Below, one piece after another: positions 18,690 through 28,706 of a DNA stretch of 64,000 nucleotides. Under the pieces are notes generated by a model. It saw nothing but the letters and a program-made list of their open reading frames with translations, was not told the DNA's origin and ran no database searches. Within the stretch, counting starts at the first letter, position 1. Each line of letters starts with the position of its first letter. The DNA is taken from the IMG/VR virus record IMGVR_UViG_3300042914_002678. One strand, given 5' to 3'. The DNA comes from a virus. Taxonomy: Duplodnaviria; Caudoviricetes. Made by a program: the position numbers and the translations under genes.

Positions 18690-21600
18690 GTGCCACTAGT
18701 AAAACCTTCGGAGTTTTTTGATGACAAGAATAAAAAAAGTTCTCTCGATTCTGTTAAAGAGAACTTAAATAGTGCTGCACCTGAAAAATTAGAAACTATA
18801 TCTGAAGCATACGATTCATTTAAAACAAATTTAAACCAGATTCAAAAGTTATCAAATTTTACTGAGACATTAGATAATTTTAAAGTTGGTCTTGAAAGGG
18901 TTGATTCATTATCAGATGCTGTTGAACAGATAAAAGCAGAGATTCAAGATTTTGCTAAGAAAGAAGATCTTGAAGAGTCTATAATGTCTCAACTTTTCTT
19001 TATAGAAGAGTCACTTAAGACAACTCAAAGTAAAATTAAGACATTAAATTCAAAAACTTTATTCAACATAAAAGAAGAATTTGATAGTCTTTCTTCAGTA
19101 GTAGAGAATTTTATATCTACTGAAGTTCCACTGTACAAAAAATTAATTACAGAGTCAGAAACTAGAGTTGATGATAGATTTTCTGCATACAAAGAATCTG
19201 TAGCATCAAAAGTAGATGATCTAAGTAATCAGATATCCAAAAAGTTTGAAAACATAGCAAAGACTCTTACTGGAATAAATGAGGACAGTTTAGATTCTAT
19301 TAGAGAAAATATATCTCTAGTTGAAGATAAAGTAGATTTTGTTTTAGAGAGAGAACTTCCCAAATATAAGAAAATATTTGCAGAAACAGAATTAAAAACT
19401 GAAGAAAGACTGCTAGAGACTGAAAATAAAATTAAAGAGCAGTCTGAAAATTTTGAATATCTTTATCTCTCCAAGATTGAAAGTCTTAGAGAAGACTTTG
19501 ATACATTTGTTGGTACAGAAATACCCAAATTTAAAAATACTCTGGTAGAGTTTAAATTAAACGCTGAAGATAATACAAATCAGGTATTAGAAAAATTAGA
19601 CGTTAATATCAAAATCATAAAAGAAAGTTTTGATATTTTCAAAAAGTCCGTAGAAGACAAAAATACAGAAGCAAATGAAGCACTAGAAAAGAACATTTCT
19701 TCTGTAGAAAACTTTATCAATGAGTCTAAGAAAGAAATTTCATCTCTAACAAAAACATACGAGAATCTTTATAAGGATTTTAAGAATAGAGAAATCCACG
19801 AAAATAAAAAGTTAGAAGAATATTCTTCTAAGATAGAAGGATTTTCTCAAAAAATTTCTGACTTAGAAAATTCCGTATCAGATCAATTTATTGATATTAA
19901 AGAAGATTTTGATTCTAAGTCTTCAGATTACTATACAACAGTAAAGTCTAGAGTAGAAGATTTTGAAAAATCTATTCTAGAAAAAGTTAGTGATATTGAA
20001 ATCAACTTCATCAGAAATGAGAGTCATATTCAAGGAATAAAAGAGTCATTACAAGATACACTATCAAGAATTCAACTTGATGTTATTGAAAGAAATAACA
20101 AAAAGATAACAGAAAAGATTGAGTACTTAGAATCAATACTTGATACTTTCAATGAAAAAACAATTTTAAGTGAGGGAACTTCTTTACTAACAGGAACTCC
20201 TGAAACCAAAACAAAAGATCCACTTACACCTTTAGATAAAAATTTCGTAACTTTTGATGACCTATCAAATCATTATAGGCAGTTTATCAATAGGGTTCAA
20301 ATTCAACTTGCATCCATTGGTGGCGGTGGTGCTGGATTCATCAAAGATCTCGATGATGTATCATTTGACCAGACAGTTGGTGACAATCAACTTCTTATTT
20401 ACAATCAAGCAAATTCAAAATGGGTTGGCATCGCTAGCACCGCTGTTGGTGGAAACATTGGTATTCAATCAGCAGGAACTTTAATCAAAGATAGCGTAAG
20501 AGTTTTAAACTTCATCGGACTGGGCAATACATTCTCAGTAAATGGAGATACTGTTGATATAAGCATATCGGCAGGTGCTGGGGGAACTTGGGCATTAACT
20601 TCTGCTGGCATCCACACAACTAAAAGTGTAGGTATTGCAACTACTTCAGCAAAAACGGGAGTTTCTTTATATGTTGTTGGTGATGCTGAAATTGCCGGCA
20701 ACATTTCAGTTGCAGGTACAATAACCTATGAGGATGTAACCAATGTAGATTCTATTGGATTAATAACTGCAAGATCTGGAATCAATGTTATTTCCGGTGG
20801 AATTAATGCAGTTGGAGTCATCAGCGCGACTTCTTTTAATGGCAATTTAACTGGTAATGTAACAGGTAACGCCGACACTGCTACTTATGCATCATTATCT
20901 GGTGTAGCAACTTATTCAAGTGTAACGGGAATATCTACCAATGTTATTGGAGGCATAGCATCTGTTACCCAACTGAATGTCTCTGGAATATCTACGTTCA
21001 ATAGTGATGTAAAGTTTAATAATAATATTTTACACACAGGTATTGCTACATTTGGTTCGTCTAATGGTATTGGCACAGTTACAGTTGGAGTTGGTAGTAC
21101 CGCTCTTTACGTAGATGGTGATGCAAGAATAGTTGGAGTTCTCACAGTTGGTAGAGCATCTGTAACCATTGATGGTGATAACAATACTATCACTGCAGGT
21201 ATTGTTACCATTACAAATTCAACAATTGTTCTTGGTGATAACATTACTTTAAGTGGAAATGCTGCAGGTATTAACTCCGCACCAAATGTATTGTATGTTG
21301 CTAAGGATGGTAATGATTCCAACAATGGTGTTTCTATTGATAATGCATTCCTAACAATATCTGCTGCCGTTGGCGCTGCATCATCAGGAACGATCGTTAA
21401 AGTTCTTGCAGGAAACTATCTTGAGAACAACCCAATTGAAGTTCCTGCCTTTGTTTCTGTCGTAGGTAATGATCTAAAAACAGTAACAGTAAGTCCAAAC
21501 AATGCAACCAAAGATATTTTCCACGTAAGAAAAGGTTGCTACCTTGCAAATATGACTTTTACAAATCATATTGCACCAGCAGCTGCTATCGGATTCCCAA

Positions 21601-22688
21601 CTACAGAGATAGCAACTAATGTTGGTGGAGGTAAGTGGGAAAGTCCATATATTCAAAACTGCACAAGTAATACAACAACTGGAACAGGACTTCGTATTGA
21701 TGGAAACCAAGCGGAAGGTCTCAAGTCAATTGTTTGCGATAGTTATACTCAATATAATCAAGGAGGAGTCGGCGTTGCTATAACAAACGGTGGATATGCT
21801 CAACTTGTTAGTGTCTTTACTATTTGTTGTGATGTTGGTATTAGTTGCCACAAGGGAGCACAATGTTCATTGACAAATAGTAATACCTCGTTTGGAACAA
21901 AGGGTTTAGTTTCCGATGGAGTAAGTGATTTGCAGTTTACTGGTGTTGTTACATCTTCTGCCTCTGCTGGACAAGACACAGTAACAGTTGCACTAACAAC
22001 GACTACAAGACCTTACGACGGACAAGTAATGTTCTTTGGTTCTCTTTACTATACTGTAGAGTCAATAACAGTTACAAACGGAGGAAGTGGTTACTTAACG
22101 ACTCCTTCTGTTACCGTAGATTCTCCTACTGGACCAAATGGACAAACAGCAACAGCATTTGCAACTTTAAATGGTGGTTCTGTAGAATCAATTACTATAA
22201 TTTCAAGTGGAAGTCAATATGCAACAACACCTTCCGTAACTATTTCTGCTCCAGATAGTGGAGTAACGGCTGTAGCAGTAGCAAATGTTTCTCCGATATA
22301 TTACACAATAAATAGTTCAACCCCAGTAACCGCTGGTATCACCACATTAACTCTTGAACAAAATTTAAACAATACAATTGGTGTGGGTTCTACAGCATAT
22401 TTCTACCAAGTAAGTAGAATTAGTGCAAGTTCACATACATTTGAATATGTTGGATCAGGTAATGATATTACCGCAGCAACACCATTAACAGGTGGTGTTC
22501 CAATTCAAGAAAATGAAGTTGTTGAAACAAATGGTGGCGTTGTAATTTACACAAGCACCGATCAATCAGGAAACTTTAGAATTGGTGATGGATTACAAAT
22601 AAATCAAAACACCGGTACAATTAGTGGAAGAGCTTTTACAAGAAGTTTATTTACAGAAATGACACCATTTATTTTAGCACTAAGTTAA
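18690..22688 (+). CDS. Coiled-coil plus fibre/beta-helix virion protein (1332 aa)
   Basis: GTG start. About 500 aa of K/E-rich heptads, then LTPLDKNFVTFDDL...GGGGAG, fibre-like segments, and NVLYVAKDGNDSNNG leading into a beta-helix-like region. Confidence 0.7.
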   Translation: MPLVKPSEFFDDKNKKSSLDSVKENLNSAAPEKLETISEAYDSFKTNLNQIQKLSNFTETLDNFKVGLERVDSLSDAVEQIKAEIQDFAKKEDLEESIMSQLFFIEESLKTTQSKIKTLNSKTLFNIKEEFDSLSSVVENFISTEVPLYKKLITESETRVDDRFSAYKESVASKVDDLSNQISKKFENIAKTLTGINEDSLDSIRENISLVEDKVDFVLERELPKYKKIFAETELKTEERLLETENKIKEQSENFEYLYLSKIESLREDFDTFVGTEIPKFKNTLVEFKLNAEDNTNQVLEKLDVNIKIIKESFDIFKKSVEDKNTEANEALEKNISSVENFINESKKEISSLTKTYENLYKDFKNREIHENKKLEEYSSKIEGFSQKISDLENSVSDQFIDIKEDFDSKSSDYYTTVKSRVEDFEKSILEKVSDIEINFIRNESHIQGIKESLQDTLSRIQLDVIERNNKKITEKIEYLESILDTFNEKTILSEGTSLLTGTPETKTKDPLTPLDKNFVTFDDLSNHYRQFINRVQIQLASIGGGGAGFIKDLDDVSFDQTVGDNQLLIYNQANSKWVGIASTAVGGNIGIQSAGTLIKDSVRVLNFIGLGNTFSVNGDTVDISISAGAGGTWALTSAGIHTTKSVGIATTSAKTGVSLYVVGDAEIAGNISVAGTITYEDVTNVDSIGLITARSGINVISGGINAVGVISATSFNGNLTGNVTGNADTATYASLSGVATYSSVTGISTNVIGGIASVTQLNVSGISTFNSDVKFNNNILHTGIATFGSSNGIGTVTVGVGSTALYVDGDARIVGVLTVGRASVTIDGDNNTITAGIVTITNSTIVLGDNITLSGNAAGINSAPNVLYVAKDGNDSNNGVSIDNAFLTISAAVGAASSGTIVKVLAGNYLENNPIEVPAFVSVVGNDLKTVTVSPNNATKDIFHVRKGCYLANMTFTNHIAPAAAIGFPTTEIATNVGGGKWESPYIQNCTSNTTTGTGLRIDGNQAEGLKSIVCDSYTQYNQGGVGVAITNGGYAQLVSVFTICCDVGISCHKGAQCSLTNSNTSFGTKGLVSDGVSDLQFTGVVTSSASAGQDTVTVALTTTTRPYDGQVMFFGSLYYTVESITVTNGGSGYLTTPSVTVDSPTGPNGQTATAFATLNGGSVESITIISSGSQYATTPSVTISAPDSGVTAVAVANVSPIYYTINSSTPVTAGITTLTLEQNLNNTIGVGSTAYFYQVSRISASSHTFEYVGSGNDITAATPLTGGVPIQENEVVETNGGVVIYTSTDQSGNFRIGDGLQINQNTGTISGRAFTRSLFTEMTPFILALS

Positions 22689-22689
22689 T

Positions 22690-23025
22690 ATGGCACAACT
22701 AGCACTTAATAGATTTCAGACAGAAACCTTAGAAGTAACCACAGGAATTCAAACAGCATATACAGCTCCTACTGGTTATACATCAATTATTCTATATGCA
22801 CATATAACGAATATTGGAGCAAGTGATGCGACAGTAACTATGTCCCATAAAAGAAGCACTACCAGTACAGAACTTATTAAAAATGGAACAGTTCCTGTAA
22901 ATGATGCTTTTATTCCCTTAGATGGGAAATTGGTTTTAGAAACCAACGATTCAATTGTTATTTCAGGAAGTGCTAATAACACTTTAAAACTTATTCTAAG
23001 CATTTTAGAGACTGCCAATGCCTAA
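22690..23025 (+). CDS. Small virion protein, partner of the preceding fibre-like gene
   Basis: 111 aa with YTAPTGYTSIIL...GKLVLETND pattern; starts 1 nt after the upstream stop. Confidence 0.7.
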   Translation: MAQLALNRFQTETLEVTTGIQTAYTAPTGYTSIILYAHITNIGASDATVTMSHKRSTTSTELIKNGTVPVNDAFIPLDGKLVLETNDSIVISGSANNTLKLILSILETANA

Positions 23026-23263
23026 ACTAGTCAGTCAAAAAAACTTAAGGAAACCTGCAGTATCTGGATATGTTCTTTCCAGTAGCACCGTAGGTATTCA
23101 GACTTGGGTTGATAATAAATCTGTAGGCATATCAAGTGATGGGACTTCAATAGGAACCGCATCAACTATCAACTTCAGTGGTGCTACTGTTTCAATTTCT
23201 GCAGGCATTGCCTCAGTTGCTATTGCAGGTGGTTTAAACGTTTATAGTATCATAGGTTTATGA
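23018..23263 (+). CDS. Small hypothetical virion protein
   Basis: 81 aa, overlapping both neighbours. The GTSIGTASTINFSG segment resembles the GTLIKDSVRVLNFIG segment of the 1332-aa protein. Confidence 0.6.
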   Translation: MPKLVSQKNLRKPAVSGYVLSSSTVGIQTWVDNKSVGISSDGTSIGTASTINFSGATVSISAGIASVAIAGGLNVYSIIGL

Positions 23264-23415
23264 AAACCTTTAAAGAGTTTCAAGAAGAGTGGACGAATAA
23301 ATATAAAAAGAGTATTGACTGCTCAAATCCAAAAGGATTTTCTCAACGTGCCCACTGCGCGGCAAGAAGAAAAAGAGCAAGAGGTGAAGAAACAACATCA
23401 AAACCAGTTGAATGA
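23260..23415 (+). CDS. 51-aa basic protein with capsid-targeting-like N-terminus (missed by the ORF track)
   Basis: Hand translation: MKTFKEFQEEWTNKYKKSIDCSNPKGFSQRAHCAARRKRARGEETTSKPVE*. ATGA overlaps at both ends. Confidence 0.8.
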   Translation: MKTFKEFQEEWTNKYKKSIDCSNPKGFSQRAHCAARRKRARGEETTSKPVE

Positions 23416-25082
23416 AGTATCAAAAATTTTCCCACAAAACACCACATCTAAAAGGGAAACAACATCAGTTGGATCCCAATCTAGATTTAAAACAATTAGT
23501 ACATCATGCTACGGTTCAATATGTTGACCGTGACGCAGATGGCGATGTGGATGTTTATGATAATCCAAAGAAAAAAACTCCAGATGAAAATCCTGTAGAT
23601 ATTAATGTTGGCGCAGTATCTAAGAAATTAATTGCAAAGCAAAAGGGAGAGATTAAGCATACCAAAAGAGGTATGGCTTACGAGGGAAGTTTACATAAGT
23701 GGTTTAAGTCTTCTAGTTCAAAAGATGGAAAACCTGGTTGGGTTAATGTTGTAACTGGTGGAACTTGTGCAAGTGACGAACCGGGAGAGGGAACACCTAA
23801 GTGTGTTTCTTCTGCAAAAAGAGCAAGTATGACAGATGCAGAACGTCGCTCTGCAGCAAGAAGAAAAAAAGAGGCAGATCCTGGACAGCAGCAAAAATCC
23901 GGAGCAGCAAAACCAACTTACGTCTCAACCGATAGTCCTAAAAAAATGAAAGAAGAAAAAGAAGAAAGAAGATATTGTACTAAGTGTAAAAAGAAAGAGA
24001 CTCGCAGCGAGTGCTCTTATGGTCCTCAAGTTTGGGACAAATATTCCATTGCTTCTATCGTTCCAGCGAATGAAGAAAGGGACCACGAACATTCTATGGC
24101 TCGTTCAGAACTTTCTACAATTATGAACGCTGCGAAGAGATTGAAGAAGAAAATGGGTAAGGGTGAAGGAAATATTGAAGCGTGGGTTCAATCAAAAATC
24201 ACCAAAGCAGCAGACTACTTAGATTCTGCAGCAGATTATATCGATAGTGGTGAACATGACGTTGATGAAGAATGTTGGTCTGGATATAAGCAAGTGGGAA
24301 TGAAAAAGAAAGGTAAAAAAATTGTTCCCAATTGTGTTCCAGAAGAAACTGTTGGTGAAGAGAAAGACGTTAAAGGTAAAGGAAGTGGTAAGAAAGATGC
24401 TTGCTACAATAAAGTAAAATCAAGATATGATGTTTGGCCATCTGCATATGCTTCTGGGGCACTTGTAAAGTGTCGTAAAGTTGGTGCTGCTAACTGGGGC
24501 AACAAATCGGAGTCTGTATCTATAGAAGATGCAAATGGCAATCTTTATGCAGAGTTTGTGGATATTATTAAACCAGAACCATTAAAACCAACTGAAGGTA
24601 TTGGAAGCGAACTAGTTGGGGAAGCAGTTCGTATTCCAGCAAAAACGGGAAATATAATTCTTGTGACTCTAATTTGGAGAGCAAAATATTATATGATTAA
24701 AATGTTCTTCCCACAAGTAACCAAACCAAATAGAAAGGAAGTTCAGGATCAAATTGAAAAGGTATATCCTGGAGCAAAAGTTCAGTCTTATTATATTTCC
24801 GATATCAAACCAGGTGAACAGTTCTTACAAACTGAAGGTGCTGCTTGGACTCGTAAAGAGGGGCAGAATAAAGAAGGTGGTTTGAACGAGAAAGGTCGCA
24901 AATCATATGAGAGAGAAAATCCCGGAAGTGACCTTAAGGCACCATCCAAAAAAGTTGGTAATAAGCGTCGTGCATCATTTTGTGCAAGAATGTCTGGTAT
25001 GAAGAAAAAACTAACTTCAGCAAAAACTGCCAACGATCCAAATAGCAGAATAAATAAGTCATTAAGAGCTTGGAACTGCTGA
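23412..25082 (+). CDS. Modular basic protein, probable internal head polyprotein
   Basis: 556 aa made of short modules (SLHKWFK..GWV, CTKC..EC, CWSGY..VPNCV, YDVWPSAYASGALVKCRK, AAWTRKEG..GGLN) separated by xxE/E or xxE/A junctions. Confidence 0.7.
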   Translation: MKYQKFSHKTPHLKGKQHQLDPNLDLKQLVHHATVQYVDRDADGDVDVYDNPKKKTPDENPVDINVGAVSKKLIAKQKGEIKHTKRGMAYEGSLHKWFKSSSSKDGKPGWVNVVTGGTCASDEPGEGTPKCVSSAKRASMTDAERRSAARRKKEADPGQQQKSGAAKPTYVSTDSPKKMKEEKEERRYCTKCKKKETRSECSYGPQVWDKYSIASIVPANEERDHEHSMARSELSTIMNAAKRLKKKMGKGEGNIEAWVQSKITKAADYLDSAADYIDSGEHDVDEECWSGYKQVGMKKKGKKIVPNCVPEETVGEEKDVKGKGSGKKDACYNKVKSRYDVWPSAYASGALVKCRKVGAANWGNKSESVSIEDANGNLYAEFVDIIKPEPLKPTEGIGSELVGEAVRIPAKTGNIILVTLIWRAKYYMIKMFFPQVTKPNRKEVQDQIEKVYPGAKVQSYYISDIKPGEQFLQTEGAAWTRKEGQNKEGGLNEKGRKSYERENPGSDLKAPSKKVGNKRRASFCARMSGMKKKLTSAKTANDPNSRINKSLRAWNC

Positions 25083-25083
25083 T

Positions 25084-25395
25084 ATGAAATCTTTTAAGCA
25101 ATTCTTATCAGAGAGTATAACTATCAACGGAGATTTTAATGGAACTCTAAACGTTGGTGGCATGTCTCATCCAGAACAAGCGCAGGAATCTTTTTTTGCT
25201 GATGTTGTATGGGAGGGTAGACTTTACCGTTTAGAGGTAGAAGGTAAAATGCTTTCTAAAAATGAACTAGCTGAACAAATCCAAGGAGAATATCCTGGAG
25301 CCATTGTTCATAATGTTTATCCTTCTCAAGAAAACACTTCAAAAATTAAAAACGCACATAGATATCAGCCAGAAAGATTAACGTGGAGTGATTGA
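25084..25395 (+). CDS. Hypothetical protein with capsid-targeting-like N-terminus
   Basis: Begins MKSFKQFLSE. The LAEQIQGEYPGAIV segment resembles VQDQIEKVYPGAKV in the upstream ORF. Confidence 0.7.
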   Translation: MKSFKQFLSESITINGDFNGTLNVGGMSHPEQAQESFFADVVWEGRLYRLEVEGKMLSKNELAEQIQGEYPGAIVHNVYPSQENTSKIKNAHRYQPERLTWSD

Positions 25396-25398
25396 TTT

Positions 25399-26829
25399 AT
25401 GGCTCAGTGGAATATAACTACACAAGATTATTTAAATCAAGAAAGATCATTATTTGAAGTTGTAGGTGTTGCCTCAAGTGATGGACAAATAATTAGTCAC
25501 CAAAATCCATTTCCAGTCACTGGAACTGTGGGTATTTCATCGGAAACTGTTGTAACGATTAATCCAGATACAAATGCGGTTGATGCATTTGGTAGAAGTA
25601 GAGTTTCTGAACCATTTACTCTTGGTGACTACAAGCACTTATATGCTATTGACCCAAACTTTTTAGATAGTGTTTCTGGTACTGGTTCAACAGTAACATT
25701 TAAAATAAATCAAGCAGCAGCAAGATTGCAAACTGGTATTGGATCTACTGCATTTAGTATTCACCAAACGAAGTTTTATCATCACTATCAACCAGGAAAA
25801 GGACAACTAATTTTTAGTTCTTTTAACTTCTATGCTCCTCAACAAAATGCAACTAAAAGAACTGGATATTTTGATGATAGAGACGGAATTTATTTTGAAC
25901 AGGTTGGACTTAATACTTCTGATGGAATAAATCCTGGTATTGGAACAAACAATTGGGTAATCAGAACTTTTGTAAGTGGAATTGCAACAGAAACAAGAAT
26001 TCCACAATCGGAATGGAATAAAGACAAATGTGATGGAACAGGTACTTCTGGGTTCAATTTAGATATTACAAAAACTCAACTTGCATTTATAGATTTTCAG
26101 TGGTTAGGTGTTGGTAGAGTTCGTTGTGGATTTGCTCATAATGGACAACTCATCACCGCACACGAATTCAACCATTCCAACTATCAGACCACAGTTTATA
26201 TTGCAAATCCAAACCTACCAGTTCGTTGCGAACTCCGAAATACTGGTGTAGGTATTGGGGCATCATTCGATCAGATTTGTTCTTCTGTGATGTCAGAAGG
26301 TGGATATGTAGAAAGTGGTATTGACTTTGCTTATACAATGACTACTACAAGAACCACACCAACACCAGCAGGGACAGAACTTCCTTTGGTTGCCATTCGT
26401 CTCAAAAATATTTTTCAGGGATATCCAAATAGAATATCAGTTAAATTGAATAATATTTCATTATTCTGTGAAACAAATAGTATTGTGTATAAAGTTATAA
26501 AACTTCCAAGTTCTGCTTATTTAAGTAATGCAGGAACTTTAACTTGGACTTCTGCTTCTGATAATAGTGGTGTTGAGTTTTGTATTGATGCGACAACTTA
26601 TTTTAATGGTGATGTTTTTGCGTCTGGTTATGTTCCTTCTGGCGCATCACAAAACTCACTTTCACCAGTTGCTTCTGGAACATTAAGTCAGGCAAAGAAA
26701 AATATTATTGTTCAAAATATAGATTCAACAAACTCTGAAATTTATGTGCTTGTTGTAAGAACTATTACTACTACAGGTAACGCTACTGCTAACGTCGCTG
26801 CTGCTCTTCAATGGAGAGAAATTTATTAA
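25399..26829 (+). CDS. Hypothetical, probably structural, beta-rich protein (476 aa)
   Basis: Long ORF with DAFGRSRVSEP, YQPGKG and IDFQWLGVGRVRCGF motifs; G/T/S-rich like the virion proteins. Confidence 0.65.
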   Translation: MAQWNITTQDYLNQERSLFEVVGVASSDGQIISHQNPFPVTGTVGISSETVVTINPDTNAVDAFGRSRVSEPFTLGDYKHLYAIDPNFLDSVSGTGSTVTFKINQAAARLQTGIGSTAFSIHQTKFYHHYQPGKGQLIFSSFNFYAPQQNATKRTGYFDDRDGIYFEQVGLNTSDGINPGIGTNNWVIRTFVSGIATETRIPQSEWNKDKCDGTGTSGFNLDITKTQLAFIDFQWLGVGRVRCGFAHNGQLITAHEFNHSNYQTTVYIANPNLPVRCELRNTGVGIGASFDQICSSVMSEGGYVESGIDFAYTMTTTRTTPTPAGTELPLVAIRLKNIFQGYPNRISVKLNNISLFCETNSIVYKVIKLPSSAYLSNAGTLTWTSASDNSGVEFCIDATTYFNGDVFASGYVPSGASQNSLSPVASGTLSQAKKNIIVQNIDSTNSEIYVLVVRTITTTGNATANVAAALQWREIY

Positions 26830-26832
26830 AAT

Positions 26833-28479
26833 ATGACTGATAGTGTATATCTTGGTAATCCAAATTTAAAAAAGGCTAATACTCCTATTGAGTTTACAGA
26901 AGAACAAATTCTTGAGTTTGTTAAGTGTAAAGACGATCCAGTTTACTTTGCAAATAACTATATCAAAATTGTTTCTCTTGATGAGGGATTAACTCAGTTT
27001 CATCCATATCACTTCCAAGAAAAATTAATCAACAATTTCCATACCAATAGATTTAATATTTGTAAGATGCCGCGTCAGACTGGTAAGTCTACAACTGTGG
27101 TTTCCTATCTTCTTCACTACCTCATTTTTAATGATAGTGTGAATATTGGTATCTTGGCAAACAAAGCGGCTACTGCAAGAGAACTATTAAGTAGGTTAGC
27201 AACTGCTTACGAAAACCTACCAAAATGGATGCAGCAAGGTATTATATCTTGGAATAAAGGTAACATCGAATTAGAAAATGGATCAAAGATTCTGGCTGCT
27301 TCTACGTCTGCAAGTGCTGTCCGAGGCATGTCGTTCAATATCCTCTTCTTGGACGAATTCGCTTTCGTTCCAAACCATATCGCAGATTCCTTCTTTGCAT
27401 CTGTTTATCCTACTATTACTTCTGGTAAAAGCACGAAAGTAATTATTGTTTCAACCCCACATGGTATGAATCATTTCTACCGAATGTGGCATGATGCTGA
27501 AAAGGGTAGAAATGAATATGTACCAACAGATGTTCACTGGTCAGAAGTCCCTGGAAGAGATGAGGAATGGAAAAAGCAAACGATAGCGAACACCTCAGAA
27601 CAGCAATTTAAGATTGAGTTTGAGTGTGAATTCCTTGGATCTGTTGATACATTGATTGCGCCAAGCAAACTCAAAAGTTTCATTTATGACGCTCCAATTC
27701 AGAGGAATGCTGGATTAGATGTATATGAACAGGTAAAAGAAAACCACGACTACGTAATCACTGTTGACGTTGCTAGAGGAGTGAGTGAAGATTACTCTGC
27801 ATTTATCGTTGTTGATATAACTTCTTTCCCCCATTCAGTTGTTGCAAAATATAGAAACAATGAAATAAAACCAATGCTATTTCCAAATGTAATATACGAA
27901 GTAGCAAAGAACTATAATGGTGCATATATTCTCTGTGAGGTCAACGATATTGGGGACCAGGTAGCGTCATTGCTGCATTATGACCTAGAGTATCAAAACG
28001 TCTTAATGTGCTCAATGAGGGGGCGTGCAGGGCAGATTGTGGGGCAAGGATTTTCTGGGAAGAAAACTCAACTTGGCGTTAAGATGTCCAAGACTGTAAA
28101 AAAAGTTGGTGCCCTCAATCTCAAAACTATGATTGAGAGTGACAAATTGCTTTTCAAGGATTATGAAATAATTTCCGAACTTACGACTTTCATTTCAAAG
28201 CACAACTCATTTGAAGCAGAGGAGGGTTGTAATGATGACCTTGCAATGTGTCTGGTAATTTATGCTTGGTTGGTTGCACAAGACTACTTCAAAGAACTAA
28301 CTGACCAAGATATTAGAAAACGTTTATATGAAGAACAAAAGAACCAAATAGAACAAGATATGTCACCATTTGGATTTATTGTGGATGGTACAGATACGAC
28401 AAGTTTTGTTGACGTTGATGGAGACAGATGGTTTACTGATGAGTATGGTGATATGGCATATATGTGGGAGTATCAGTGA
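26833..28479 (+). CDS. gp17: Terminase large subunit gp17
   Basis: Walker A in KMPRQTGKST, Walker B in LFLDEFAF, IIVSTPHG, and nuclease motifs VDVARG and NDDLAM. Confidence 0.97.
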   Translation: MTDSVYLGNPNLKKANTPIEFTEEQILEFVKCKDDPVYFANNYIKIVSLDEGLTQFHPYHFQEKLINNFHTNRFNICKMPRQTGKSTTVVSYLLHYLIFNDSVNIGILANKAATARELLSRLATAYENLPKWMQQGIISWNKGNIELENGSKILAASTSASAVRGMSFNILFLDEFAFVPNHIADSFFASVYPTITSGKSTKVIIVSTPHGMNHFYRMWHDAEKGRNEYVPTDVHWSEVPGRDEEWKKQTIANTSEQQFKIEFECEFLGSVDTLIAPSKLKSFIYDAPIQRNAGLDVYEQVKENHDYVITVDVARGVSEDYSAFIVVDITSFPHSVVAKYRNNEIKPMLFPNVIYEVAKNYNGAYILCEVNDIGDQVASLLHYDLEYQNVLMCSMRGRAGQIVGQGFSGKKTQLGVKMSKTVKKVGALNLKTMIESDKLLFKDYEIISELTTFISKHNSFEAEEGCNDDLAMCLVIYAWLVAQDYFKELTDQDIRKRLYEEQKNQIEQDMSPFGFIVDGTDTTSFVDVDGDRWFTDEYGDMAYMWEYQ

Positions 28480-28706
28480 TGGAATTAGACAAGCAAATAA
28501 AACTTGGTCATTTATTGCTTGCTGATAGAAAATGTAGAGTTTGTGGTGAGGTAAAAAATTTAATTGAAGACTTTTATAGAACAAGAAAAGATAGAGGACC
28601 AGTTGCATCATCGTATTCTTATGAATGTAAAGACTGCACGATAAAGCGTGTTGTGGGAAGAATAACCACTAAAATTTTTGATAGATGGGAATATCCTGAC
28701 TGGTAA
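28479..28706 (+). CDS. Small Zn-finger-like protein
   Basis: ATG overlaps the gp17 stop. CRVC...FY...YECKDC gives two CxxC pairs. Confidence 0.7.
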   Translation: MELDKQIKLGHLLLADRKCRVCGEVKNLIEDFYRTRKDRGPVASSYSYECKDCTIKRVVGRITTKIFDRWEYPDW

